A stretch of 64,000 bases of DNA from the human T2T-CHM13v2.0 reference genome, Homo sapiens: assembly GCF_009914755.1 (NCBI RefSeq), contig NC_060938.1, one strand, 5' to 3'. Under the pieces are notes generated by a model. That model saw only the letters and a list, made by a program, of their open reading frames with translations. It was not told the DNA's origin and made no database searches. Position numbers and translations under genes: made by a program. The first letter of the stretch is position 1, and each line of letters starts with the position of its first letter. Of the stretch, positions 1 through 13,585 are shown in pieces.

Positions 1-150
1 AAATTAGCCAGGCATGGTGCTGCACACCTGTAGTCTCAACTACTCAGGAGGCTGAGGTGGGAGGATCACCTGAGCCCAGGAGGTCAAGGCTGCAGTGAGC
101 CATGATCATGCCACTGTACTTTAGGCTAGGTGACAGAGTGAGGTCCTATC
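1..150 (+). mobile_element. AluJ-type right arm, cut by the window edge
   Basis: GGGAGGATCACCTGAGCCCAGGAGGTCAAGGCTGCAGTGAGCCATGATC is the AluJ right-arm pattern. Confidence 0.85.
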
Positions 151-232
151 AGAAAGAAGAAAGAGGGAGAAAGAGAGAGCAAGGGAGAGAGAGACAGAGA
201 GAGAGAGAGGGAGAGAGAGAGAGAGAGAGAAA
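151..232 (+). repeat. (GA)n purine microsatellite in place of the Alu tail
   Basis: Direct reading of GAGAGA runs. Confidence 0.9.
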
Positions 233-1001
233 CAAGAAAGCTGCATAAGTAGCTCTCTAATAGGCTCAGATATTTATAATAGCTTTTTCCCTTAAAATGT
301 GTCAAGTAAAACTATTCCTTACATGTGCTTAAAAAGTCAAAGAATATAAGAATTTATGATACAAATCATCAGTCTCCAGGCTCTACTCATACCCTAATCC
401 TCTAAATAAATCACTTTTACTGCTTTTTATTGTTGAATTGTTAAAGTAATGGGATTATTATACTCTTATTTCTCACTTTACCAATATCAGATATTTATTG
501 ATTTCATACCACGATAAAACACAATTTAGGTCACTTACATTAGTTCCAATGTACTTACATTACATTACATATTACATTACATTGTTTTAAAACTCAATGA
601 TTTTAACTCAGTTAATTTTATTGGTTAATTTTATTTTACTATTTTAGCTTATCTATTGTTTCCCATTGTAATTTTTTAAAGTGGACTCTGTTTTTTTTTT
701 AGAGAAGTTTTAGGTTCACAACAAATATGTGCAAAAAATACAGAGCGCTCCTTCATAGCCCCTGTCCCAACACATGCACTGTCTGCCCCACTATCAACAT
801 CCCCACAGAATGGTACGTCCATTAACAACCAATGAACCTGAATGACATATCATTATCACCCAAAGTTCATAGGAGTGAACATTAGGGTTCCTTCTTTGTG
901 TTGTAAATTCAATGAATTTTGACAAATGTATAAAGAATGACATTGACCCACCATTACAGTGTTATACATAATAGTTTCACTGTCCTAAAAATCCTCTGCT
1001 T

Positions 1002-1320
<319 letters not shown>

Positions 1321-2726
1321 CTAGTCATCCTTCTCTTTCTCTAACTCCTGATGGCAACCAATCTTTTTATTATTTATGTAGTTTTGCCTTTTCCAGAATG
1401 TCATATAGTTAGAATTATACAGTACATATTGTCTCAAATTGGCTTTTTAAGTAAAATGCACTTAAATCCTTAATGTCTTTGCATAGTTTCATCTCTCATT
1501 TCTTTTCAGTACTGAGTCATATTCCATTGCCTGGATATACTACAATTTAGTTACTTGTTTGCCTTTTTCTATTGAAAGACATCTGGGTTGTTTCCAACTT
1601 ATAAATAAAGCTACTAAAAATATTCATGTGTACATTTTTGTGTGGCTTTTAGTTTTCAACTCATTTGGGTAAATATCTAAGAATACAACTGTTGGATATT
1701 ATTAATATGTTAGGAGTATGTTTTGTTTTGTCAGAAACTGCCAAACTGTCTTCCAAAGTGGTTGCACTTCTTTGCAATTCTATCAGCAATGAATGAGAGT
1801 TCCTGTTGCTTCACATCCTCACCAGCATTCAGTGTTGTTAGTGTGTTATGGATTTTGGCCATTTTAATAGGTGTGCTATGGTATCTCCTTGTTGTTTTAA
1901 TATGCGTTTTCCCGATGACATAACATGCGAAAAATCTTTTCATATGCTTATTTGCTATTTGAATTTTTTTTGGATAAAGTACCTCTTTAGGTCTTTTGCC
2001 TGTCTTCTAATGTGGTTGTTCATTTTCTGATTGTTGACTTTTAAGAGCTCTTTGGATATTTTGGACAATATATTTTATCAGATAAGTATTTTCTAAATAT
2101 TTTCTTCTAATCTATGGCTTGTCTTCTCATTATGTTGATAATATCTTTTGCAGATAACAAGTTTTTAATGTAATAAAGATCAACGTATCAGTTATTCTTT
2201 TTATGGATTATGCCTTTGATGTTGTATCTGTAGAGTCATCTTCAAACTGGAGGTAATCCACATTTTCTCCTATGTTTTCCTCTAGTAGTTCCACAATTTC
2301 ATGTTTTATATTTAGATAAATATTTTAGGTGCATTTTGAGTTGATTTTTGTGAAGAGTGCAAGAACTATGTCTCATATATATGTACATATTTTTGGCAAA
2401 TAGATGTTCAGTTTATCCAGGACCATGTGTTGAAAAACTATCTCCTCTCCATTGCATTTCCTTTGCTTCGCTGTTATAGATCAGTTGACTATAATTGTAC
2501 AGGTCTAGTTTTGGGCTTTCTATTCTGTTTCATCAATCTATTTGTCTATTCTTCCACTAATACCACACTGGTTTGATTACTGTATCATTACAGCCTGTCT
2601 TGAAGTTAGGTAATGTCAGTCTTGCAAATTTATTTTTCTTCAATACTGTGTTTACTCTACTGTGTCTTTTGCCTCACTATATACACTTCAGAATCAGTTT
2701 GTCAACATTCACAAAATAACTTGCTG

Positions 2727-3026
<300 letters not shown>

Positions 3027-4654
3027 AACTTGCTGAGATTTTTATAGATATTTTTTAAAAGTATAGATCAAGTTGTGAAAAATTGACATCTTGACAATAT
3101 TGAGTCTTCTTACCTACGAACATGAACTCTCTCTCCATTTATTCAGTTATTTGATTTCTTTCATTAGATTTTATATATTTTTCTCATAGATCTTGTACAT
3201 ATTTTGTTAGCTATCTAAGTATTTCATTTGGGAAGTGCTAATGTAAATGTTATTATGCTTTAAATTTCAAATTTCAACTGTTCATTGCTGGCATATAGGG
3301 AAGTAATTGATTTTTGTAAATTAACTTGATATCCTACAACTTTGCTGTAATTACTTATTAATTCTAGGAGTACCAGTGTCATTTTAATGAAATATTTATC
3401 ATGTATTTCTATTTTATAAATTTAGCAGTGCTTTCCTGTCATCTTCCCCCATCTACCCCTACTCTTGCCTCCACTTTTCTGTTGTTTGTAATATCCCTAT
3501 AATTTTATCAGGTGGATCCCACTGGCTTTCTGTTCTTTCACCTCACATATCTCTTTCTTGCTTTTTTTTTTTTGGTTGACTTTACAAGTTAAAACCAATA
3601 CATATACTTATATACTTACTTTGTTATAAAACATCTCCTTACATATATTCTTCAGGCTCTCTGATTTCCTCCTAGACTCAGTTGGACATGCTATAGAGTT
3701 ACCATCTTGATTTGTATTTTTGTACAATGGTACCCTGGAGCGGATCCTTTTTCTCTTCTACATTTTCTCTTTTTTTTTTCTCCATGATTCACTTATTTGG
3801 TTACAGTGTGTTTTCCAGAAACTTTCTGAGATGGGGGATTTGGGAGGTAAAATTTTGTGCCTTTGAAAGTAAAAAAAAAATAAATAAACCAAAGGTAAAA
3901 AAGCATTATTATATCTTCACACTTGAGTTATTTCTACAAAACACTTGGAAGACCTTGTTTCCCGGTTCTCTGTCATTTCTATTCATGGTTGTCAAATTTT
4001 ATTTTTTGATAGGTAATACATTTCATATTTTCCTTTTGTAATAATTTGATTTTTCTCTTTATCATCGAAGTTGTGAAATATACAATAAAGATAAGTGGAT
4101 TTCAGATGATTGAATTTTCCTATCCAAAAAATATTGGTTAAAGAAATAATACTAACGCAGGAAGACAACCATCTATTTTGTTCCATCCAACTGCATCCCC
4201 CTTGTTCCCTTGTTGGAGGACTTGATTAAAGACATATAAACATGAAAATCAAATTTTAGACATCAAAAAGGGACACTATGAATGATAACATCATGATATA
4301 CAGTGTCTAGACAGATTTTAATACACTGAGTTATCTCTAATAAGTAGCAATGTGAACACAAACAGGTAGACCATCTGCGAGAGTTGCAAAATGATTGCAT
4401 ATATGCATTTCACATTTTCCCAAATCTTACACACTTTGTAATCTCTAGGGTCATGATCTCCAATTCAAAAGCCTATGAAAATATTCACATATGGCCAGGG
4501 AGTGCCCTTTCCCTCTCTGCTGATGGGCCCCTGAACTGCTTTCACACTTTCTCTTTTCTCTCGGATATTGCCTTTTTCTGTCTTTCACTATCAGTTGACT
4601 CCCATCCCACCCACCTGAGGAGAGGCCAGGAGATCTCACTTTTTCTCCTCTCCT

Positions 4655-4880
4655 TTCTTTCTTCTACAAATATATTTGAATGCTACACACTATAGATGCA
4701 GAGTAAGCACAAGCCATGTCTTCACAGAGGTTAGAGTTGAACTAGAAATAGAAGCATGAGACACAATGTTATTGGGAAGTACAGGACACTAAGGGGCAGA
4801 GAACAGGGTGGCTTAATGCATGCCTGGTGGGGTGGAGGCTAATCCAAGATTTCTCTGAGTCAATGATCTTGAATGGAGAC
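4655..4880 (-). mobile_element. L2 3' remnant
   Basis: ACAAATATATTTGAATGC resembles the reversed L2 3' end; heavily decayed. Confidence 0.5.
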
Positions 4881-4994
4881 AAGACAAACACATTGGGTTT
4901 ACTTACCTCTTGGATAGTTTCTCTGCAGTTTTTCTTCCTGTTTAATCTTGGAACTTCAAAGCTAGCATTTTACTGTGACAAATCTGAATTCTTA

Positions 4995-5342
4995 GAAGAG
5001 ACTTTGCTGAAACAAAGTATCAGAGACTGGATGGCTTATAAACAACAGATATTTATGTCTCACAATTTGGAAATTAGAAGTCTGAGGTCAGAGTGTCAGC
5101 AGGATTGGGTTCTGGTTGAGGGAGCTCCTCCAGGTTGCAGACAGCCAGCTTCTCACTGTATCTTCACATGGCAGAAGAGAGCTCTCTGCATTCTGTTTCA
5201 TAAGGGCATTTATCCTACTCATTAGGGCTTCAACCTCAAGTCCTAATTCTCTACCAAAAGCCCCACCTTCTCATACTTCACAGTGGAGGTTGAGATTTCA
5301 ATATACGGATTTTAGAGACATGAAAATATTCAGTCCATTGCA
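4995..5342 (-). mobile_element. MLT1A-type MaLR LTR (3' LTR)
   Basis: GGCTTATAAACAACAGA through TTCAGTCCATTGCA is the reverse complement of an MLT1A LTR. Confidence 0.85.
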
Positions 5343-5697
5343 TTCTGCCCCTGGGTCCCCCAACTTCATATTCCTCTCATAGGTAAAATACTTTTATTCC
5401 ATCCTAATAGCCCTAAAATTCTTAATTCGTTCTCTTATCAACTCAAAGTCTGAAGTCCAGTCTCATCAAAATATTGTCTAAAAAAGATATGGGTGAGACT
5501 CCAGGTACAATTTATCCTGAGGTAAAATTTATCTCCATCTGTGAACCAGTGAAATTAAACAAGTTATGTGCTTGCAAAATACGATGGTAAACAGGTGTAG
5601 ACAGACATTTTCATTCCAAAAGGGAAAAATAGAAAAAAAAAAAAAGTGGTGGGTTTCAAAGAAATCTAAAACCTAGTAAGTAAAGCTCCATGAAATC
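5343..5697 (-). mobile_element. MLT1A internal region, 3' part
   Basis: Abuts the LTR; GATATGGGTGAGACTCCAGGTAC and CATTCCAAAAGGGAAAAATAG are typical MaLR-int sequence. Confidence 0.75.
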
Positions 5698-7352
5698 TTT
5701 TTTTAAAAACTTATTTTAAAATAAATTTTATTGTGTGTATTTAAGGTATACAACATGATGTTATAGAATACACATGGATAGTAAAAAGGTTACTATAGTG
5801 AAACAAGTTAATATATCCATCATCTCACCATTACCATTTTCTTTTGTTTTAGTGGCAAAAGCAGTTAAAATCTACTAATTTAGCATGAATTTGCAAAAAA
5901 GCACAATTTTATTACCTGTAGTCCTTATGTTGTACATTAGATATCTACATATGTTCATCTTACACATCTGCTACTTTGTATCTTCTGATCTACATCTCTC
6001 CATTTCCTCCCCATCATCCCCTCCCACCCCCACTCCTGGTAACCACTGTTTTGTTCTCCGTCTCTGTATCTTTGATTTTTTTTTTTTTAGATTTCACATA
6101 TAAGTGAGATCATGCATTCTTCTTCTGTTTTTTTTTTTTTCCAATGTCTGTCTTATTTCATTTAGAATAATGTCCTCCAGGCTGATGTATGTTGGGGAAA
6201 ATGGCAAGATCTCATTTCTGTTATTTATTTGTTTTTAAGGCTGAATAGTATTCCATTTTATATGTGCACACACACATATAAATGTGTGTGTATATATATA
6301 GTTTCTTTATCCATTCATCTGTTGACAAACACTTAGGTTGTTTCCATAGCTTGGCTATTGTTAATAAAGCTACAATAAACATGGGAGTGCAGGTCTCTTT
6401 ACCTTTGGAAGGTGATCATTTTGTAACATTTTGCTTTATGCCTCGAAGAGTAGTAGCTGGATCATATGGCAGTTCGATTTTTAATTTCATTAGAAACCTC
6501 CATACTGTTTTCCATAATGGCTAAACTTATCTACACTTTCACCAACAGTCTACAAGAATTTGTTTCCTTTTCTCTTACACTTTTTCCAACATTTGTTATC
6601 TTTTGAAATCTTGATAACAGTCAATAATCCTAACGCACATGAAGTTGTATCTCATAGTGGCTTTTATTTACATTTCCCTGATGATTAATGATGTTTAGCA
6701 CTTCTTAATTTATCTATTGTTCATTTTTATACCTTCTTTAGAGAAATGTCTATTTAGGTCTTTTGCCCATTTTTTTTTTTAAATTGGGTTATTTGGCTTT
6801 CTATTATTGAGTTGTATGATATTAACCTCTTATCAGATATATGGTTTGCAAATATTATTTTTTGACATGTAGTTTGCCATTTCATTTTTTTTTTCTGTGC
6901 AGAAGCTTTTAGTCTGTTATAGTCTCATTTATTTATTTTTGCTTTTACGGCCTGAGCTTTTGGTGTGATATCCAAAAAATCATTGCCAAGGCCAATGTCT
7001 AGGAGCTTTCCCTTTATGTTCTATTCTAGAAATTTTATAGTTTCTGATCTTACTTTTGGGCCTTTCATCCATGGTGTAAACTAAGGGTCTAATTTTATTC
7101 TTTTGAATATGAAAATACAGTTTTTCCCAGCACAATTTATTGAAGAGACTATTATTTTCTCATTATGTCCTCTTGGTGCCTTTGTCAAAAATTAGTTGAC
7201 TATATATGTTCGGGTGTATTTCTGGGCTCTGTATTCTATTCCTTTGGTCTATGGGTTTGTTTCTATGCCAGTACCATACTTTTTTGTTTAGTATAGCTTT
7301 GTAATATAATTTTAAATCAACAAGTAAAATGTTTTCAACTTTTTTTTCCCTC
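5698..7352 (-). mobile_element. L1MA7-9-like 3' fragment inserted in the MaLR
   Basis: TTTAAGGTATACAACATGATG, GGTTACTATAGTG and GTTGTACATTAGAT match the L1MA 3' UTR; continues into ORF2 sequence. Confidence 0.85.
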
Positions 7353-7364
7353 AGAGCTGAAACC

Positions 7365-7499
7365 TAATATTTCTGGAGGCTGGAAGTCTGAGATCCACAT
7401 GCTCCCAAAGGACCCACTTCCTAAAATCATTACTTTGGAGTCTAGGATCTCAACATATGAACTTTGGGGGATGGGGACAGAAACATTCGGTCCATTGCA
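7365..7499 (-). mobile_element. Internally deleted second MLT1A LTR (5' LTR)
   Basis: TCTGGAGGCTGGAAGTCTGAGATC through AACATTCGGTCCATTGCA; same terminus as the LTR ending at 5342. Confidence 0.7.
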
Positions 7500-7519
7500 G
7501 AGGAAGAGCCTGTGTTAAT

Positions 7520-8950
7520 ATGAAAGAGTCAGAAAAACTTCTTTGAAAAGCCAATCCTTTGCTTTCTGAGGGTGAGTGAAGATTAAGCAGAAGGAGCAGT
7601 TTAAGGCAGCAGGAAATGCTAGGGTGAAGACTCTTGAAGGAAAAAATGAAGGCCAGTCAGTGTGGCTGGAGTGAAAAAATCCAGGAAGATACTGCACAAG
7701 TTGACGCTAGTGAGGAGGCATGGCCATGGTGAGGGTTTTGGCCTTTATTGTAAGGATGAAGGGAAGACACTGAGAGGTTTAAGAAGGGGCAGAATGGAAC
7801 AGACAACAGGACTGTCAGGGAACATCCATTTTAACAATATCACCTTGCTGCCATGTGGAGAATTGATTGAAAGAGGGCCACGGTGTGTGGGAGACTCACT
7901 GCGAGCACCTCACATTAATCCAGACATGATGGCAGCTTGAACTAGGATATTAGCTGAAGAAAGGGAGAAAAATAGATGACTTGAGTGATGTAGAGATATA
8001 AAGGCCATAGGAGCTGGTGATTGATTTCATATGAGCAGTGTGGCATCACAGGCATCTTCCAGGTTTATGGCTGGAGCTCTGGATGGACTGTGGTGCTGTT
8101 GAAGCCAGAACCAGACCACGTTTGTGGGAAAGACAATAAATCGAGCCAATTAGGATGGGGAGGGGTGTTCAATAGTGCAGAGACAAACCTTGATTGAGGA
8201 AAATATGAGAAGGCTACATTTAGGAGGCAGGATTTGAACCAGGCCTTCAATACATCCAGAAATCAGAGCCAGGCATAGTGGGGAAATTGCAGGGGAAGTG
8301 AGGTTCCCAACAGAGGGAGCACCCAGAGCCTTATGGGGGATCTTGGCATTTTTATTCCATTTTTGTTTTAAGTAAACTTTGCATTGAAGTTCAGCATACC
8401 TATAGAAAAGTGCACAATTTATAAAAATACAAATCTATAAAAATTTAAGAAAACATATCATCCAGTTTCTTTGGGAAGGGGTTCATTTTTTTCCCCTAAT
8501 TTTCTATTTTAACTGCATCTAGTTTTCTGATTGAAAGTGACATTGAATTCCTGGAAGTAAGCTGGGAAGAAAAACTCATTCTATGAGTGAATACACTTGG
8601 CAAGAAGTAGTGGGGCTGTAATTGTGATAGTAACAGTGTTACTAGAAAACATCGGTGACTGCTATTGTTATGTGTTATGCTGACTATAATTTGTACTGCA
8701 TTAGAGGAACGTAATCAGAGAAGACTTGGAGATATCAAGTCTTGGAGTATTACTGATAAATAAATAGAAGTAATTCTAGACTGTACAAGAAAGAGTTCAG
8801 TTTTAGAAATTTTAAGTTTCGAGTGTTTACTCAAAACTCATACAGAAGTGGAAATGTCTGGAAGAACAAAAGGACAGAAGAATGCATGGGTGAAAAATCA
8901 AAGGAGGGATCTTGGCTCCAGGAGACATGTGTGAGTTCTGCTGTGGGGCT
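7520..8950 (-). mobile_element. Patchy L2 remnants with a short old L1 3' piece near 8360-8460
   Basis: GTGTGGCTGGAG, CTGCCATGTGGAGAATTGATTG and GAGTTCAGTTTTAGA are typical L2 motifs. Confidence 0.65.
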
Positions 8951-9029
8951 ACATTTAATCATGTCAGAGTTGAGGTTCTTGCTTTAGGAGCAGTTACTTA
9001 GAATGAGATGTCCGGGATTTGTCTTTTTC

Positions 9030-9900
9030 TTTTATTTTACCCAGAAAGAAATGGAAGTAACTAGAGTGTCTGTTATACTGTTGCAAATGCGGTTCTGGAG
9101 CAACAAAGATTGATCAAAGCTGGAAGCAGGGCTTTGGGTATTGTCTGTTTTCAGAGAGTAATTGAAGCCACAGGTCGGACAAAATGGTCTGGGGAATGGA
9201 CAGGGAGCAAGGTGACCCCAGTGTGTTGGAGGGTGCCAGAGCTCAGGGCAGGAGTCCCAGCTGTGCATGGTGGTGGCAGCTGCCCCGCTTGCCAAGCCCA
9301 GGTGGATGAGGTGGGCAGTGGGTGGGGGGCACTCATGCACCATCCACAGAGAGGGTTAGAAGCTAGAGTACTTTGCAGATGTCAACAGTCGATTGCAGAC
9401 AATTAGGAGGCTGCCTTTTTTCTCCTTCTCCCAGGACCCCTAAGACAAACTGTCTGAACCACAACAGTTGAGTCTGAGGATATCAAATAAGTAAGGCAAA
9501 GAGAGACCCCGTGGAATAATTGTGGTTAGTGGCTTGCGGGGCTGCGGATGGGCTGTGGGGGGCGGGTTGCTCAAGAGAAAGAAACTTGCTTTTAATCAAT
9601 GTGCTAATCCAGGACATAAGGTCTCCTTTCTCTCCCTCCCTTGTTTCATTTCCCAGGGCTCAGTCCCCATTCCCACCCCCTGCTCCCTCCCCATACTGGT
9701 TGAATGGAAATTTGGTCCAGTTTTTTTTTTTTTTTAATATAGATACATTAAAAAACAGACACTGATCTTCAAAGAAGGCTGCAATTTCACTGGCGACGGA
9801 ATGTTTATAGCCACAATTTGTTTGGTTCTGATAAAATGCACATGCCCCGTTATTCCATTTTATTTTGCATCCCAAGCCAGGCTTGCTTCTTACATTGGCC
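9030..9900. promoter_or_regulatory. Candidate enhancer island (non-repeat, motif dense)
   Basis: Repeat-free with retained CpGs; ATCAAAG (TCF), TGTGGTT (RUNX), GGGGCGGG, TAATCC, CTGATAA, GGAATGT; G4-capable tract at 9538-9566. Confidence 0.4.
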
Positions 9901-10819
9901 TGTGCCTCTCCTAGTCAGCAAGACAGAGGGAGACAGAGAGACGGAAAGAGACAGAGAGACCTTCCTCGAGCTGTGGCTACATCTGCCTGTGGGTGTCCTG
10001 GACTCCATGGGCCCAGAGGTCATTGAATGTGGCGGAAGGAGACACAGTCCAGGAGTGAGGATGACCAGCCAGAGGGAATTTCAGGCACTCCCAGAGATAC
10101 GTTATGCCCCATCAAGAGAAACACCAGCCTTCCCAGGTCTCGCTGAAGCTAGAAAATAATGCCCCCAGTTCTTCTTGGGAGATGGTGCAAGGGAGGTGAA
10201 AGAGTCTTGAAACTAAAAAATGTGGACTTAAATCTTAGCTTAGTCACTTTCCTGCGGTATGATTTGAACACAATTTTCTCCGAATTGGCTTCCCCGTTTG
10301 AAAACCAACAGCGTCTGCCCTACAGAACTGGTGTGAGAGTAAACAGATTAGGACCAGGTCAGCAGGACGGAGCATGCCCAGAAGAGAGTAGAAAGTGCAG
10401 TTTTGCCAAGGAGAGGGAATTGAGAGGAGTATTCTAGCCGGGAGGGCGGTGGGCACCCCAGCACACAGGCATGAGGAAACAGCATTGCTTGGGGGAGAAG
10501 TCTGAAGTGACTGGGTGTTTAGTTCAGAGATAGAGCAACAGGAAATGAAGCTGGCAGAACAAGAGGTCAGGTTGTGAGCCACTCTGAGGAGTTTAAGTTT
10601 CCTTTTGCCGGCCGTGGGAGAGCTTTAGGATTCTAAGTAGAGAACGATGTATGTTTAGATTGTGCCCTGGAAAAAAAAATGACCATTTGCAGCAGGATGG
10701 ATCCACTGCAATGGTGGGAAGAAGAAAAGAAGTTAGAAAGCATAAGGGCAGGTAATGCTTCTCAGTACTGTGCATGCATTACTGAATTCACTGCGGCAGC
10801 AAAGGACACTGCCTGCAAT

Positions 10820-11370
10820 GGTCAAGAGTTAGGACTCTGGGTTCTGATCTCAGCTCTGTCATGGACCAACTGTGGAATCTGGAACAAGGCAGTTACACTC
10901 GCTGTGCCTCAGTGACCCTATTTATAAAATGTGGATGGCAATAATGTTTATTGCCAATATAGATACTGTGAGGATTACATGAACTATTATTTTTTTTTTT
11001 TTGAGACGGAATCTTGCTCTGTTGTCCAGGCTGGAGTGCACTGGTGCGATCTTGGCTCACTGCAACCCCGCCTCCTGGGTTCAAGCGATTCTCCTGCCTC
11101 AACCTCCTGAGTAGCTGGGATTACAGGCGCCCACCACGACGCCCAGCTAATTTTTGTATTTTTAGTAGAGACGAGGTTTCCCCATGTTGGCCAGGCTGGT
11201 CTTGAACCCCTGACCTGCCCACCTCGGCCTCCTGAAGTGCTGGGATTACAGGCGTAAGCCACTGCACCTGGCCGACATGAATTTTAAATACAAAAGAAAA
11301 CCACTGCAAAACACTTAAAGAGTGTGCATGGCAAATACAATACATGCACTCAATAAATGCTGCATATTAT
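10820..11370 (+). mobile_element. MIR split by an Alu
   Basis: CTGTGCCTCAGT and TGTGAGGATTA core; 3' end GCACTCAATAAATG resumes after the Alu. Confidence 0.75.
10988..11273 (-). mobile_element. AluSx-like with a small left-arm deletion
   Basis: Alu dimer; ACATGAA on both flanks (TSD). Confidence 0.9.
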
Positions 11371-11384
11371 TTCCAGCTAAAATG

Positions 11385-11600
11385 TCAGAGCACTATGTGC
11401 TCTAACTAAGCAGTTTATGTATGTCATTCCATTTAATCTTTACATTTTCCCTGGAAAACAATTGCTACTTCTATATCTTTTTCTTTGCCTGATGAAAATT
11501 AAAGTTCAGAGAAATTGAATTCTTGCCCAGCATGATTAGATGCTACCTGGAGGAGCTGGGAAATAAAGCCAGATTTCTTCCAAAACCCATGGGCTTCAAC
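11385..11600 (-). mobile_element. MIR
   Basis: CATTTAATCTTTACA and GATGAAAATTAAAGTTCAGAGA match the reversed MIR core. Confidence 0.6.
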
Positions 11601-11761
11601 ATTGCTCGTTGAAAGAGGAAGAACAGGAATGAAAATCTCCAGTTCTTCAATCTTGAGTTGCAGGCAGTATATAAAAAAGCCAGTGGAGATATTGCTGATG
11701 GAAAGGCTTAACTTTATGCTTTTGGTAAGTGTTCCCTCCAGCCCCACTGCTTTCCATCAGC

Positions 11762-11819
11762 GTGTGTGTGTGTGTATGCATGTGTGTGTGTGTGTTGTGT
11801 GTGTGTGTGTGTGTGTGTG
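11762..11819 (+). repeat. (TG)n microsatellite (Z-DNA-prone)
   Basis: Direct reading. Confidence 0.95.
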
Positions 11820-12699
11820 ATTGGTCAGGCTGACTCTAGCCAGTGCTAATAATTCTCTGAGGAACTCTAAATGACACATTGCTGTTGATCAGATCAATCA
11901 GTCAAAGGGCAGATTCTACATTTTTACTTTCACTGAAGTTTTCCTTTTTTCTTTCTTCCTTCATCAATTGAAATCTGATGAAGACAAACTCTTCTTAAAA
12001 TCTGATAGGCTTTATTTAAGAAGATTTGTATGATTTTATTTGAAAAGTTAATTTTTAACTATAATTCAAAATTTCTCTGTAGGTAAAACCCTGGCACAAA
12101 TTTTCAGTTCCCAGTGACAGAAAACAAAAGAATAATGAAATGCTGGGGTTGGAAGAGCCTCCAGCCCAACTCCCCACCTGGCCTGCAACCCTGCCACATT
12201 CCCTGGGTCATCTCACTCTGTCTCCCAAGACACAGAAGCCTCTGCTCTTGGGAATTCCTTTCTCTTAGAACCTGACACACTCTGGCTGTTGGAAAATTGT
12301 CTCTCATAGATAAGTGTCTTTCTCTGGAACCCCTCTAGGCCCCTCTGAACCTAAGTGGTCTCAAAAGCCCTTCTCTGGTCTTCCCTTCCCAAAAGTGGCC
12401 TTCTGGAATCTGTGAGCATTACTGTGTGTCCCTGAAGTCTTTTCTTCCATGGGCAGACATTCTGAGTTTGTATAGTCAGTCATGGAAAGAACACGGCTTC
12501 TGTAGTCTTTGGGTAAAGTTGTGCCCTGGAGCTAAGTCAGGTCTACACAGATGGCACTTCTACTATGGAATCAGGGGCTGGATTTTGTTTTCAAATGGTT
12601 TTCAGTGTAGTTGACACTCTACCCTAAAATCCTTGCCAGGAAGTTGTAGGGGAGCTGCTGCATTCTTGACATAAAGGTGATTCTCCAATAGTTCCCCAT

Positions 12700-13585
12700 T
12701 ACATCTGAAATAAGATTTAAACTCCTCCTTCTTACCAGCAGAGCCGGATATGTTGCGGCCTGTGCACTTGGCCCCAGCTTATCTTACAGTTCTGTCCACT
12801 CACTCTCTCTTCCCCAGTCAAACTGGCATTTGCTTTACTCCGTGAACTTCTGCAAACTTGTCCTGACTTAGAGGCTTTGCAACTGCTGTTCCCTCTTCCT
12901 GGACTGCTCTTTTCCCAGATCTATGCAGGGCTAGCTCCTACCTGTTCTGTAGGTCTTTGTGTCAAATCAACCAGGATTTCTGGAGCTTTCTATCTAATAT
13001 GTTTCTTTTCCCCTCAGCCACTGTCTGAGTCACTGTATCATTTTATTTCTTCATAGCCCCTTTCAAGAAGAAAATTACTGTATTTACCCACTTGCTTACT
13101 TTTTTTTTTTTTTTTTTTTTTTTTTGACGGAGCCTCCCTCTGTTGCCAGGCTGGAGTGCAGTGGCGCGATGTCGGCCCACTGCAACCTCTGCCTCCTGGG
13201 TTCAAGCGATTCTCTTGGTCTCAGCCTCCTGAGTAGCTGGGACTACAGGCACATGCCACCACACCCAGCTAATTTTTGTATTTTTAGTAGAGACGAGGCT
13301 TCACCATGTTGGCCAGGATGGTCTCGATCTCTTGACCTCGTGATCCGCCCGTCTCAGCCTTCCAGAGTGCTGGGATTACAGGCGTGAGCTACCGTGCCCA
13401 GCCCCCTACTTGCTTACTCTTTAGTTTACTTTCCTTAAATAAGCTTCACTCTACACTAGTGGAAATGATGCACTTTTTTTTTGGTTTAAGTCTCTGTTCC
13501 TGTTAAAATGAAATTGCATCTGGAACGTGGTGTAGCCCACTGGGGCTATTTGCTGAATTAATGCCTTTGTGAATGATGGAATGGG
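12700..13585 (+). mobile_element. L2 3' region split by an Alu
   Basis: GCTTTGCAACTGCTGTTCCCTCTTCCTGG and the terminal TGAATGATGGAATG. Confidence 0.7.
13100..13403 (-). mobile_element. AluSc
   Basis: TGTTGCCAGGCTGG and GATCTCTTGACCTCGTGATC diagnostics; TSD ACTTGCTTACT at 13090-13100 and 13408-13418. Confidence 0.9.
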
